DNA of 64,000 bases from Tubulanus polymorphus. Its lineage: Eukaryota > Animalia > Nemertea. The notes below the pieces were generated by a model. The model was not told the DNA's origin, did no database searches, and saw only the letters and a program-made list of their open reading frames with translations. The position numbers and the translations under genes were made by a program. Below, in pieces: positions 37,421 to 50,329 of this stretch (its first letter is position 1; every line of letters begins with the position of its first letter). The DNA lies in NCBI RefSeq assembly GCF_964204645.1, contig NC_134034.1, positions 5,182,914 to 5,246,913 on the forward strand. Direction: 5' to 3'.

Positions 37421-40116
37421 ATTCTTCAAACAAGCCTCAAAATCATTGGAAATATAATATGATGAATTTGATAATGTAACAAGTACAACAGTAGGTTTGC
37501 TAATTTAATTTGAAGTTGTTTGTGACAATATCTGTTACGCCTTTTTCCATTTTGGTATTATTAATTTGCCCAGATTGGCCACACTTTTTATGACGACCAA
37601 ATAGTTTCCATCCGAAATGAAATTTAAAATTTCAGTTATAAGATGTTTTGTACAAAAATGATAAAGCTAATATTTGTTCTGTTTTCTTTTCTAATCGCAG
37701 TGCCCAATTATATTTTCCTCCGAGCAAGTTATGTTGAAAGTTTTTCCGTCGGTCGTTGGTGCTTCTTCTTTCTAAGATTATTGAAATTAGAAGAAACAAT
37801 ATATTACGCGTGTTCTTTGAGTTTACTTTTGATAGTAGATATTGTGTGTATTCATATGAGGGAGATACTCAGTGATGAATACATCTTGTGAAATGAAATT
37901 CTTTTTAAGCCAATGCTCTTTTTTCTTGTTTGAAGTTCTATACGCATTTGAACTACCGTTATGACCTAAACTATATTTCAAAGCCATCATCCTTTTCTTA
38001 TAATTTGCTTTTATCTGTGTTTGTATTGAAATGATTAGAATTCAATCAGGGAAGTGTTGAAAAGGTTTGCACTCCCCTGATTCAAAGGTATACACTTCCC
38101 TGATTCAACTTAGCTTCTTCGAATTTATACATACCTTGCTTCTGTATCTCTTTTGTTCTTTTGGTACGATTCTATTTCTCTATTGATGGTATTTCGACTT
38201 ATTTGTGTACCCATTTTATTTAATTCTTCCTCTATCAGCAAAGTAGAATTTCATTCTCTGCAGCTGTAACAGTGACAATAATGATTCTAAGTAATTTGCA
38301 CGAGCAGTCTCATAACAGTGTACCATTTTCGTGGCTTTCATCATGTTTTGTTCCATATTACTCTTAACTTTAACTAAATCCTAGGGAAAATACTTTTCCC
38401 TTTTACTTTTCCATCTAGTAGAATTAGGATTTAAGATTAAGATCGTAATTTAACTATTTACTCTAGATAGTTTCCATTCCGCCGTCATTGTTGTACCCTT
38501 TCTTTTTGTCAGCATTGATTCTCCTACAAATACGAATAGTTTATTAAGTTACCGAATTTTATATATTTTTCATAACTTAACTCGAATACATGTTATTCAG
38601 TTGATACCTTTGTTTATCAGGCTCTATTCTACAAGAAAGAGAAAGCAATTTAAGAATCACTAGTTAGAAATTATTTAATACCGTACTCATAAAGCACGGC
38701 TAGAGGTAATGGTATACCTTGGTCGGTTAGTGTTAGATCTGTCAATGACATATTTTGCCTTGAAAATGATAGCCTCCACTGAAAATTGAATGTTTGGATC
38801 TCTTATTTCTTATCTTTATTATGTTTTGTTAGGTAATGCCTTTGTTTTATTTTTACAGAAACAAACATACCTGTAATTGCAATGCGTCAAATTTGTCTGA
38901 GCAGAAGAGATTGCTTGCAGGTGTCAGCACCTTCCAGCATAAATATTTTTCAAAGAAGTCAAACGTTCAATTATTACTTTTTATGATCAAAAAATTGTTT
39001 TTAATTCATTGTTATATTGTATGTTGTTATAAATTACAAAATCTAATTAGATTCAGATCAAATGTAGTAAAGCGATCTTGATGTAGGTGACAGAGTGGTA
39101 CATGAAAAACACAACACAGCAGCATACGGTCAGTTACTACCACATTCAACCACATTCGTTCACCTAAAACCTAAAAGGTAATTATTAAATATGATGTTTC
39201 ACGATAATGCCCATGGATTTAAAATATCAGTTTAGCACCAGCTGGCAGGATGACGTGATCCCGTACACACATACCTACCCATTGCATTTTACAAACTTCA
39301 ATATTTTCGATATGTAGGTATATCGGGCCTGACCCTCAATGACCTCAAATTTCCTCGCCTTCTGTTATCAATTTCTTCCTATGTTTTCGTTTGGTGGTTT
39401 TCTTCAGCGCTGCCATGTACAAAATTTCACGGGGCATGTTTACTTAACAAAAAATAAAGAAAATATGATAAAAAAATAAAGATAAAATAATTCATTATTT
39501 CATTCTATTATTAATATTATTTTTATTTGTTTCTATTATTTCAATTGGATAGAATATCAGTTTTTGTTTGTTTTTTTTCGAAGTTATTGCTGAAACTACA
39601 CGAATTATTAGACACTTTGATATGTAATCAGTCAGGACTATTTTGTAACTTTTGGTAAATATTTTTTTAAATTTGTTTGTACTCGTCGAAATATTGTATC
39701 AAAGCTTCTAACTCTTGATGTCTAGGAAGAATAATTTCAGAATTTCCATACAGATTCGAATATATGTTCCCAAGACAATGATTTCTGTAGGTAATGGACG
39801 TGGTCATTGGCTGGTCATCAACATGCTGGAAGTCCTGTTGAGTACCTATGAGAAAAAGTTTTCATTTCAAAGGGGATCATTTCTTTAATACTTATTTTTG
39901 CGATTATGATTTCATATCATTTGGATGCTTACATTGGGTAGCAGTGAATGAAGTGCGTCCAGTAGGTGGTCCATATTTAGCAAATGCCTTGCCGAGTTAT
40001 ATATGAGTAGTATTCAGCAAATACCTTGCCGAGTTATATATGAGTAGTACCTGAAATGAATGTCATTGTCATTCCATGTCCATAACGAAGAAATATTGAA
40101 AACCGGTAGCTCTTAC

Positions 40117-40371
40117 CATATGTTTTTTCATCAGACTTTTTCTACATTTCGCTTAGCGGTATTCAGTTGTTCAAGTTAATGTATGCACGATTCCGAAGAA
40201 AACATATGAATAGAATGGGCCGTGCCAAACTTTCTTATCGTGTCAATGACGTGGTGATGAAGGTGACAGTGAAGGGTGAGAAGTGTTGCAGGATAGAATT
40301 TGTGTCAACCAAAATTTAAGAAATCTATGTGGACGGTTCTTGCCATTCCTCATTCGTATTAGAATTGTAGA
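40117..40371 (-). pseudogene. EnSpm/CACTA(Mirage)-like transposase C-terminal exon fragment
   Basis: FYPATLLTLHCHLHHHVIDTIRKFGTAHSIHMFSSES resembles the CMC-EnSpm motif Y..T...H.L.H.....FGP....MF.FES. Bounded by AG and GT splice signals. Confidence 0.5.
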
Positions 40372-41734
40372 CTACAAAGATTAACATTTTATATTTTCAA
40401 ACGTTACATTTTGTGCCTACGATTAACACTTACTTCCTACAAGTTTACAGTAGTTGAAGAATTTACTCCTCTGATGCACGCCAAGCATACCCCGCAAGCA
40501 AAAAATTAATGGAGAATTAATGAATTTCACCCTTAAATCAAGATTATAAGTATGAAGGTAATATTTGTTTCTCTTAATTAGAAAGGCTTTTCTATTTATT
40601 TCATTGAATACTTACTTTTATAACCATACTTAATGTAGACGTATGATTTCATGTTGCTACGGATCAAATGGGTTTTTCTCTCTTCTGAATAAACATTCTA
40701 AGGGTGCTTTAATGCATGCTCATCTCTCTTTGATAATTTCTTTTTCATGCACTGATAAGTTACATTCAGCTGGTGGCATATTTTCATCAATAAGCTGAAA
40801 AAAAATAAAAATAATGAAATAAGCAAAAGGTTCATGCGATATGGTTATCTTATAGTCACGTCTCGTTAATGTGGAAGAAATTCCCGATTCCGTGACGTCA
40901 TCGCGTGTGACGTCATTTGCTTATTATTCAAAATGGCCGCCGCCACGAATTTGAAGCAAAGACCGTTTTTTCCCGATTAAAACATCTATTTTGGTTATCA
41001 TCGATGCTTCTGCAGGTAATTATTGATATTTAGCAAACGTAATACTAATTTCTCGTCGAATTCAGATATTTAGATCAGCTGTCTGTGTTTAAGTCGTCGA
41101 AAAATGCCGGAAATTAAAAAAAAAATTCGCGGATTTGAAAGATGCACCCAAGTTAGATCATCTCAATTTTCATGACCGTAATCGATTAACATCGTCTAAA
41201 TTCGCATTTTCACAGGGCATCAAATGCTTCGTTTTATTATCTCGTGCTATTTTCTGGTGATTTATTGCATGTTTAGATCATTTTCTTGAAATATGGCCTA
41301 GGCTATAGAGGTGCTTCCTGATTCAGTCTACACATGCCTAGGCCTAATCTTTTTTTGGCATAACTACACTGTTGAAATGTATTTCATCCTATGAAGAATA
41401 GAAACTATCATTCCTCAGAATATGGCACCGGTTTATTTGCTGTAATCCATCGTTGCTTGTGATCCTTGATGAAATAAGCCCATGATAGGCTATGATGCGA
41501 ATCCTTTAAATTTTTCAGGGAGAAGCTACAGATTCCTCGAAAGATGATGTTGATGAGTAACAGTAACAACGATGAGATTGATTGAATTAGTATGATAAAT
41601 AAAATAGGATAAACATTTATTTTGTCAATAATAAGAAGTCATCATATTATTATCAATAACAAATAAATCAACATTTTCTCATGTAAATCAACAATATTAA
41701 GATATTCTTTTATAATTCAATCACAGTTTAGTAA

Positions 41735-41870
41735 TTACAATATTTACACTTGTGTTGACTTAACACAGTCTTATTCCTGTGTAATAATTTACAATATTTA
41801 CACTTGTGTTGACTATACACAGTCTTATTCCTGTGTAATTATTTACAATATTTACACTTGTGTTGACTAT
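41735..41870. repeat. 54-bp tandem repeat, about 2.5 copies
   Basis: TTACAATATTTACACTTGTGTTGAC...CACAGTCTTATTCCTGTGTAAT units start at 41735, 41789 and 41843. Confidence 0.85.
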
Positions 41871-44462
41871 TTATAATATTTACAAAAGTAAGGTATCGGT
41901 TCCATGCAAAATACATTGCCAAACATTAATTTTGTTATCTGTAGGTAAATGGAAAGAGTGATGGAAATAAAAGAAAAGTTTGTTTGGCAGACGCAAGCCT
42001 GGACTTGAAATGTTTGCTGTTGTTGCTGAAACAGCACTTTTTCGTATTTTTGAGCATTTCAAGGAAGAAAGGTTTGTAGGTAAATATCAACGTTTTAACT
42101 AATAGTCTTGATATTTGATTGCTGTTTACACGGTCATTTAAGACACATGTTGAATTAGGATTTCTGTGAGATGGATAAGTAAATGATGAGTTAAATTATG
42201 TTGCATAGGGTTTAGATTTTAGATAAAGACCTTAATGTATCATTTCATTGTCATACGCTGTGGACTGAGTGATAACACTTGGCAATGTATTTCCATCACC
42301 ATCACTTAAAATGCAGCAGATTTTGTCACCAAAATACCATATACATTTTTTTTCAATTTGATATTTACTATGATTAATAATTTGAATTCACATGATTTTC
42401 ATTTGATTGATATAATTACAGTTTGCATGATTGTCTTTTGATCGAAAAATAATTTCAGTATGCATGATTGTTTGTTGTTTTATTCACATTCATTTTTTAT
42501 TTCAGATAAGATGCATCATGTTTCGGATCGAATTTACTGCAACTTTCCCGTTTGAGCTGATTAGCAAGAAAAACTCCGAAAGTGTTGAGAATTGAATATA
42601 AGTGCCGCTCGCTTCGTTGTGTTTCGAAATCTGCAGAAGGAAATCACATCTGCATTTACGGAATTATGCTTGCCTTCGAGAACCTGCTCAGAAAAGATAC
42701 CAATGGATTTCCACCTTCGGAGGAATGGAGGAACCTCGAAGACAAGCACGTGGATTTTTGGAGTGATGGTTTGATTGGGAAAGTGTGCAGGAAACTTTTC
42801 ACCGAATTCATGACACAACTTGCACATGTGTTCTATTTCGAAAATCTTGCTGCATTTAAAAAGTGATGGATCTTGCTGAATGTGGCATAAAGATCATACA
42901 AATGATCGTAATCATTTGTTTGATCTTTTACCACAGACAGCAGCTTTTTAGGGGCGTCCACTTTGTCATTGATGAGGAACATCCGTCGAATATGATTCCC
43001 AACAAAACACAGAATGGTATGCCTGTCTCTGAACATGGAGATCATCTTCAAGCACTCGGTTAAGTGCCGTCTCGCAGGGGCCCATCAGTGATTTCACTTG
43101 TGTGAAAACGCTGGTGAGTTCCTGTCGAGAGGAAGAAAGACGGGCTTGAAGTGATCTCACACGCTCAGATTGCATCGCCACCTTTGTTGAATTGTTGGAA
43201 ATCATCTTCTCCGGCGATAGTCCCTCATCAATGCATTGCGCACAGACGTAGTCGACTGTCACATCCGGTACATTCTCAATGTAACCAGCACATTGATAAT
43301 GTAGCCATTTGTGACAACGGTCGCATACGATCCAATCAATCACCCTTGTATGGTTATCTGCGTTGAGAACGCAGATCACTGCATCGCAAGGGTCATTGAT
43401 GGGTTTATGGTGTCGCAAATTTTCAGGTGTTTTCTAAGTGATTCTAATTGAAACATTTCGCTCTTCACCTCATCATCTAAAGAAGCTACTTGTGCACTGA
43501 GCGTCTGCCACTTAGCGAACAGCTCGGGATCTCTAGTAGATAATGAATTTTGATCGAGCTCAGCACATAAATTTTCAAGTAGCTGGAATAATGTTAATCG
43601 AATGCCTAAAGATAAATGAAGGGGGCGGTACTAATTGGTTGAGATTATCGATGGGGAAGAGCATTGAATTGGATATACTGATTTTTCCTCTGTTGGAGGA
43701 GGTGTCAGTTCCGGAAATGTGGCTGTCAAAGTCTGCCTGATAGGTCGAAACGGTTCTTTGCTCTAACTGACACTCAGGGTTATCCAAAGTACCTCCAACA
43801 AGCATTGGTGTATGGGGAGATCCATCCCTTCGCCTGAGATTTGCGAGTTTAACGACAAACCACAAACAAGGGAATGCGTCCGAAGCTCCAATATGGCCCA
43901 TAGCATTGCACAACCAGCAGTAATCTCCGATAATGAACTTACTTATGTTGAAAATATGCTGCTTGCCCTCTTTGTCCTGAATTTGAATTGAATTTAGTTC
44001 GAAATATTGCTCAGAATATTGGCTGAAAATGGTCCGAATGTTTTCCGAGGAGTCGTAGGCTTCAAAGAAGGCGAGCAGTACCGTTTGGCCAATGCTATTG
44101 GGTGTACTAGAGTTGACGACCGAAAACGCCAGTTTAGTAATCGTACCCCTCTTGTCTGCACCAAACTTTATCCAGATCGAATCATTGTGTTCTGGATGAA
44201 ATTTCAGTTGGTCGGTCTGATAAAGTCTGGTACAGACTGCTTTGATTATAGATCGTAAGCAGGGTACACGAGCGTAAACTACCCCTGTCTTCTTCGATTT
44301 CGCTGAAACCAGCATTGGTATACTACCAACCTCTAGATTTAGGCTGCTCAATACGGCAGATTTATATTTTCGCATCGAGATCTGGCTAGGTAGTATATCT
44401 AAGCCATGCGATATCAAAAAACTTTTCATTTTGTCAATTCTGGTTTCAGGAATTCGAAGAAG

Positions 44463-46979
44463 TGTAACAACTAGGATTTTCAGTGCACTCGGGAACTAGC
44501 TCGTCAAAATAAATCCAAAGTCATCAATTCCATCTTGATAAAATATCTTTTGTTCAAATGTTTGGTCGGCTTCCGACCGACCGCAACAACTGCTCAGTAC
44601 AAACTGCCAACTAAAAGTGTGTGTTGTGTGCCTCATTCTGTTTCAACTGACTCTTATATCTATATATATATATATATATTCCTGCATAGTAACAAAAACT
44701 TAGGTATGAAAAACAAAGGTGACAGACAGTGAGTAGACAATTTGAGCAACAACATGCCATAAACAAAGACAGAAAGAACATATGACTAATTACTTTACAA
44801 ACACGACTAACAAATACATTTCTAAACAAAACAACAAGTTGCTATACTCCACTATACTTTCTCTGCGACTTTTGCATATACGCTAAAGTCGAGAAACTAC
44901 TACAGGGTTAAATCATGTAAAAAAAACTAGGAAAAAATACAATAGTATCCAACCATACTTGTTGACCAAGCGCAACAACGTTACAAAATTAAAAAAAAAA
45001 TCATATCTCTAACGTAACAATACTTGTTGACTATAAAGCCCAACAACGTTACAAAATCATTAAAAAACCGTATCTCGAACGTAACAATACTTGTTGACTA
45101 TAAAGCCCAACAACGTTACAAAATCATTAAAAAAACGTATCTCGAACGTAACAATACTTGTTGACTATAAAGCGCTACAACGTTACAAAATCATTAAAAA
45201 AACGTATCTAGAACGTAACAATACTTGTTGACTATAAAGCCCAACAACGTTACAAAATCATTAAAAAAACGTATCTCGAACGTAACACTACTTGTTGACT
45301 ATAAAGCGCAACAACGTTACGAAATCATTAAAAAACGTATCTCGAACGTAACAATACTTGTTGACTATAAAGCGCAACAACGTTACAAAATCATTAAAAC
45401 CTAATTACTCGGAATCTCATCTTATCTAGAAAACATGTACTACATAATATATGACAAATTACACAATGAACATAAAAAAACAATTACACAATCAACAAAA
45501 ACCACAATACTAGACATAAGTGCTCAAATTGTTTAAGAGATCTAAGGTATATATAATATGAAGAAAAAAAACAGACGGAGGGGTACGTGGTATTTCACAA
45601 TACATGTGAAACAAGGCATTTGACATTGAAATATTGACTAATCTGCTTGCACATTTGCCATCTCAATATCACTTTAGAGATGGTCGCGAGCGTATACAAA
45701 AGTTTAATAAGCATCAAATCAATGACGACACTATTCCTTTTATTCCTAAAAGTTATGTCTTTTTAATCGATCGCAAATGGAACACAAATTTTGGATTTTC
45801 GCATCGAGAATAGAAATATCGGCTGCGGTTTCCTCAGCAGAATACACATTATCTACTAAGATGCACTGATCAGTGACATGGTTAGGGATTTTTTCGAAAT
45901 TGAGATCCAGCTCAATCGCGCTAAAAACTGGGTAACTCACGAATTCAAGTAGCTTTGATGTGTCTAGTCGCTCCGGGTGTAAAATATCCACAAACAAATG
46001 CTCATCATCCCAGTCTAAGATGCCAACGTCGATTGGTGAACTAACTATCATTGGGCACTGATTCTCGCCCAGATTCATGCATATAACTTCTCTGATAATT
46101 CGGAGGTTTTTCCAATTTGTTTACGCTGATTGAACATTGTAAGCCTCGGCAGATCTCGAATTTTCTTCGCGGACTTTTGACGAGTTCGCTTCTCAGGATT
46201 CTAACAAAATCGGGCAAATTGTCCGATGATATAACAACGGTTGCAGCATGCGTCCTGTGCGTGACAACATGTCCGGCTCCAACAGTTGAGTCCACGATTC
46301 TTGCAAAGTACAGCCATTACTTATCCAAAACTAGGCACAAGATTGTTAACCTGCAGTGCCTGTCAGATCTTGCCCACGGGTTCTCCACCAATTATAACAA
46401 CTAGGATTTTCAGTGCACTCGGGAACTAGCTCGTCAAAATAAATCCAAAGTCATCAATTCCATCTTGATAAAATATCTTTTATTCAAATGTTTGGTCGGC
46501 TTCCGACCGACCGCAACAACTGCTCAGTACAAACTGCCAACTAAAAGTGTGTGTTGTGTGCCTCATTCTGTTTCAACTGACTCTTATATCTATATATATA
46601 TATATTCCTGCATAGTAACAAAAACTTAGGTATGAAAAACAAAGGTGACAGACAGTGAGTAGACAATTTGAGCAACAACATGCCATAAACAAAGACAGAA
46701 AGAACATATGACTAATTACTTTACAAATACGACTAACAAATACATTTCTAAACAAAACAACAAGTTGCTATACATTCTGTTTCAACTGACTCTTATATCT
46801 ATATATATATATTCCTGCATAGTAACAAAAACTTAGGTATGAAAAACAAAGGTGACAGACAGTGAGTAGACAATTTGAGCAACAACATGCCATAAACAAA
46901 GACAGAAAGAACATATGACTAATTACTTAACAAACACGACTAACAAATACATTTCTAAACAAAACAACAAGTTGCTATA
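44463..46979 (-). mobile_element. Non-autonomous LTR retroelement (TRIM/LARD-like), recent insertion
   Basis: Near-identical LTRs at 44463-44846 and 46393-46772, plus a partial tandem copy at 46773-46979. PBS TGGTGGAGAA (tRNA-Ala-like) at 46381-46390. Purine-rich tract AGAGAAAGTATAGTGGAG next to the 3' LTR. TSD GAAG (or GAAGAAG). No gag/pol motifs. Confidence 0.85.
44955..45399. repeat. 67-bp tandem array (about 6.5 units) inside the LTR element
   Basis: AACGTAACAATACTTGTTGACTATAAAGCCCAACAACGTTACAAAATCATTAAAAAACGTATCTCG-type units start at 45011, 45078, 45145, 45212, 45279 and 45345. Confidence 0.92.
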
Positions 46980-47477
46980 GAAGAAGATGCATCTGCAAGG
47001 CGTCTGATGGAGAGAGCTTGCTCATTGGGCCAATTTTGGCCGAATCGAGGGCCCCTCTGGTTAGGTCTGGATTCTGCTTGACGAAAGTCGCAAGAGTTGC
47101 AACAAACTCGTCAGAGCAGAATCCAGAGTCCACACGTGTGGACGTACTAACCAGAAAGGTCCTCAATCGATTAGCTCTCTCGACCAGAGACCTTCTAGAT
47201 GCATGCAAGGATGGCTTGCTTGGAACCGATACCTGAAAATAACACAATGATTTTGTTGAATTAAGTTTTCTTGCATAGATACATGTTTCATCCCTGCAAG
47301 TCACTTCCAGCAAGTCTTTTCGCAATTGGTTTTCCAAAGTTTGTTTTTCTTGAATTAGGGCCTTGATTTTTGCCTGCTGGCTTTGAATTTGGATGGATTG
47401 ATTATGTATAATAATTGGGTGATCAATTAACTGGACTTGCAGGGATGAAACATGGGATAATGGATTATAATACTCAG

Positions 47478-47700
47478 ATTCGATGAAATTTGCTGATTGG
47501 TGATTCGTTGATGCGATGAAATTAGCTGATTGTTGATTCGTTGATCCGATGAAATTATAATTTGCTGATTGGTGATTCGTTGATCCGATTAAATTTGCTG
47601 ATTGGTGATTCGTTGATCCGATGAAATTATAATTTGCTGATTGGTGATTCGTTGATTCGATGAAATTATAATTTGCTGATTGGTGATTGGATGATTTATC
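47478..47700 (-). repeat. Coding minisatellite (30/36-bp units; STNHQSAN[YN]FI)
   Basis: About 6-7 in-frame repeats in the N-terminal region of the RAG1-like ORF. Confidence 0.85.
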
Positions 47701-49712
47701 GTAATTAACTAATTGGCGATTGGATGATTCGTTGTTATTAGCGGATGAATCTGAAATAAGAAAAGAAAAATTTAGCAAGATCTAATTATCTGATTAAATT
47801 AGTCCGGATTTAAACCCTCCAGATAAGAACGGATCAGTTAGGGTGGGCCCTTCTTCACCCGTCAAGGGATTCGAACCCACTACGCTAAAGCTGTTCTCCG
47901 AACCCCTTGACCTCACGAGTCGTTGGAGTCGTTACTAGCCGACCAGAATCCGGTCATACCAATCACAGCGCTTGTAACAACCGACATTAGGCTTCTATTG
48001 GATTTCCCGTTAAATGGACCAATCAGCGAACGTTTTACCGAACAAGGAAGTATTTCGCAAATCGATGTCTGACGTCATGAGCAACAGTGCCAGTAATGAA
48101 ATCACGCTTCGTGGGGCCAGGGGGCTGGTGGAAGCGAGTTCGGGAGTGATACCGGACCTCTGGCAAGCGAGGATGGGGTGGGCCTAAATATATATTATTA
48201 AGACAATGTCACCAAGCGCAAGGTGCGAGGTGATTTTCCAGCGCCTGGTACTGGCGGGGTCTGGGTTCTTATTTGGGGTGATTTTCTGCATTTCAGTAAA
48301 GTAAAGAATTCATGTGAAATTCCCTTTCCCTGCTTCTTATACAGTTAAACAAAGATGTAATATTTCATTTTAAACGAAAGTATGTATTATGTAAAATTAT
48401 GTAAGATTTTTTTCAGTAATGTAGGAGGGGGGCAGGCTTACTGGCCCACCTCCCTAGATCTGCAAAATAACTTACTGAAATTAATTTGTTTTTCATGATT
48501 GGTGATTGATTGATTAGTTTCTTCGATTTTTGTTTTCGAACATTGTTTAGATTCTACAAAAAAAAGAATTCATGTGCATATCAAGATACCTATATATTTT
48601 TGGAATAAAGATAAAGATTTGTAAATGAATAATGTTGTTTTTTAATCTTATATTACCATTTTTGGCTTTTTTGTGGCTGCTGCAGCCCTGGCCTGTTCTT
48701 TTCTTTTCCTCGAAACTCTGAGTCTTATCATATAAGGCCTATTTATTATTTGACTTCTGAAAAAAAAAACATGAAAAAATTATAAGATTGAGCTGAGCAA
48801 AAAGGTCGGAAAAAGGCGTTGTTTCGTTAGATTTCCTATACAGAAGAATAACTGCGGAGTTTCAGGTGTTCCGTGACAATTCATAGGCCACGATACTCTT
48901 AAATCCTAATGGAAAACGTTCAGAATGAAAGCCAATGTTGTGCCCTAGAAAAACAGCTGTTTTACGTTGTTATTTCACCATTTCGTTTCGAGGGGTGGAA
49001 GGTTGGTTTGCGGAAATCAAATGAAATTTTCTCGCCGCGGTTTTCACGGCAAAAGCTTGTTAAATGCACATTTTCGAGTTATTACGATATAAATGTCATA
49101 TAATTGGAAGTTGATTTTAATAATTAGTTAATTAACAGTAGATTCCGCTACTCTTTACACCCCCTGCATAAATTATAGAATAGACTCGTCCAGCTACGCA
49201 CGGCCTCGGTGCGCGGCCCGCGCTGGAACCGGCAAATTTCACGCATTCAAACAACTAGATCTCGGTCAATTCTTAATCAATTTTAATAAATGAACCTTCT
49301 ATATACTCCTTATAAGTAGTTTTAAAAAGTTACGTTGTGTAATAAAAAGAGCTTTCTTACTTTCCAAAATACGGTGGGAAACCACCCCTGAATCGATAGC
49401 CGAATTCGCGTTATAGCGTCTGCTGCCGATCTGACAGCTACGTCATCAAAATATCGCGTCATCAAAACGTAACTTTGTAGGCGGGGTTAAACTCTAACCA
49501 ACAACTAATCATTGAACGCCGTAGATAAAATAGAATTTGAATGACAGTTCTTGGCGTTTGACCTTTTTTTATAGGAAAATGCGAAGGGGAGACATTTTGA
49601 CCGTTACGCGCCGAGGTAACTAGGGACAACGCATTTCCGCTTATTATTGTATTCTTTCCAGCGAAATCGTTGCATTAACGAGACGTGTAGTATTGCCCTA
49701 TATAAAAAAAAT

Positions 49713-50329
49713 AAATATAGCTGCAAAGCAGCGACAACGGGTCTCTGCCTTGCTGGTTTAAATGTTGCTCTGGGAAGCGCACAAAGATTTCACCAATTTA
49801 TAACATGTGGCTATTTTGAAGGAGCGCGACACATATCCGGGATATATGGATCCACAAGGGCTACCACGTAAAAAAGTACTGATGTACCTTAATTGTCTGG
49901 TGCTTTCATAGTTCCGTTGGGAGTTGCATGGACTAATCGCTCTCATTGGCATATGGCACTTATGTATATATGTACTTATACCATGTTTTTGATGTATCCA
50001 GCTTTGAAACTGAATCAATCTACTTGTACTCAATAAATGCTAATTGATTTCAGCATGCAGTCGTGAAGCATTTTGACAATATCACATCATTGAAGATCTT
50101 GATTTGTTCTATCAAGAACTCAATCTTATTCTGATGAGTTGACATTGAACAGAGATAGAAATACATCTCTAGTCTGTTAATTCGATAAAAGACATCTGTT
50201 TTATTGAAATATTTGAAAACATACATATGTAAAGTTGTAGATTGCCAATAAAGCACTTATTTTCAATATTATAATAAATTAATTACTGATGGAATCCCAA
50301 GCGACGAATCCCTTCAGGTCACATGTATG
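49713..50329 (-). repeat. Dispersed ~615-bp repeat, copy B (inverted relative to 29929-30544)
   Basis: Colinear reverse-complement similarity to copy A, including the terminal GCTGCAAAGCAGC hairpin. Confidence 0.75.

Larger units (their letters stand above)
42561..48731 (-). pseudogene. RAG1/Transib/Chapaev-fold DDE transposase with internal PHD finger; interrupted by an LTR element and frameshifts
   Basis: Putative exon 1 MIRLRVSRKRK (ATG 48731); exon 2 from 47750. NBD-like KPSLHASRRSLVERANRLR...LSPSDALQMHLL. Motifs IWIKFGADKRG (D1), IIGDYCWLC..GHIG....PCLW (D2), PPxLHLSLG, RQAYHS..FVGNH, ITPKIH and GIFSEQVLEGKH (E). C4HC3 PHD at 43233-43388. Confidence 0.8.

Noticed and set aside
41940-42560. 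Possible convergent RAG2-like partner gene tail-to-tail with the RAG1-like transposase
   Set aside because: Exon-like AG/GT segments exist on the plus strand, but no frame shows kelch or PHD motifs or any recognisable product.
44955-45399. CRISPR-like array
   Set aside because: Units are contiguous near-identical repeats without unique spacers; there are no cas genes and the context is eukaryotic.
44463-46979. Penelope-like element (partial tandem pseudo-LTRs)
   Set aside because: A PBS, a purine tract and a clean TSD fit an LTR element better; no RT or GIY-YIG motifs are present.
39428-48875. CACGG.../...CCGTG candidate TIRs (39428 or 42129 paired with 48875) for the RAG1-like element
   Set aside because: Similarity beyond 5 bp is weak and no matching TSD flanks either pairing.
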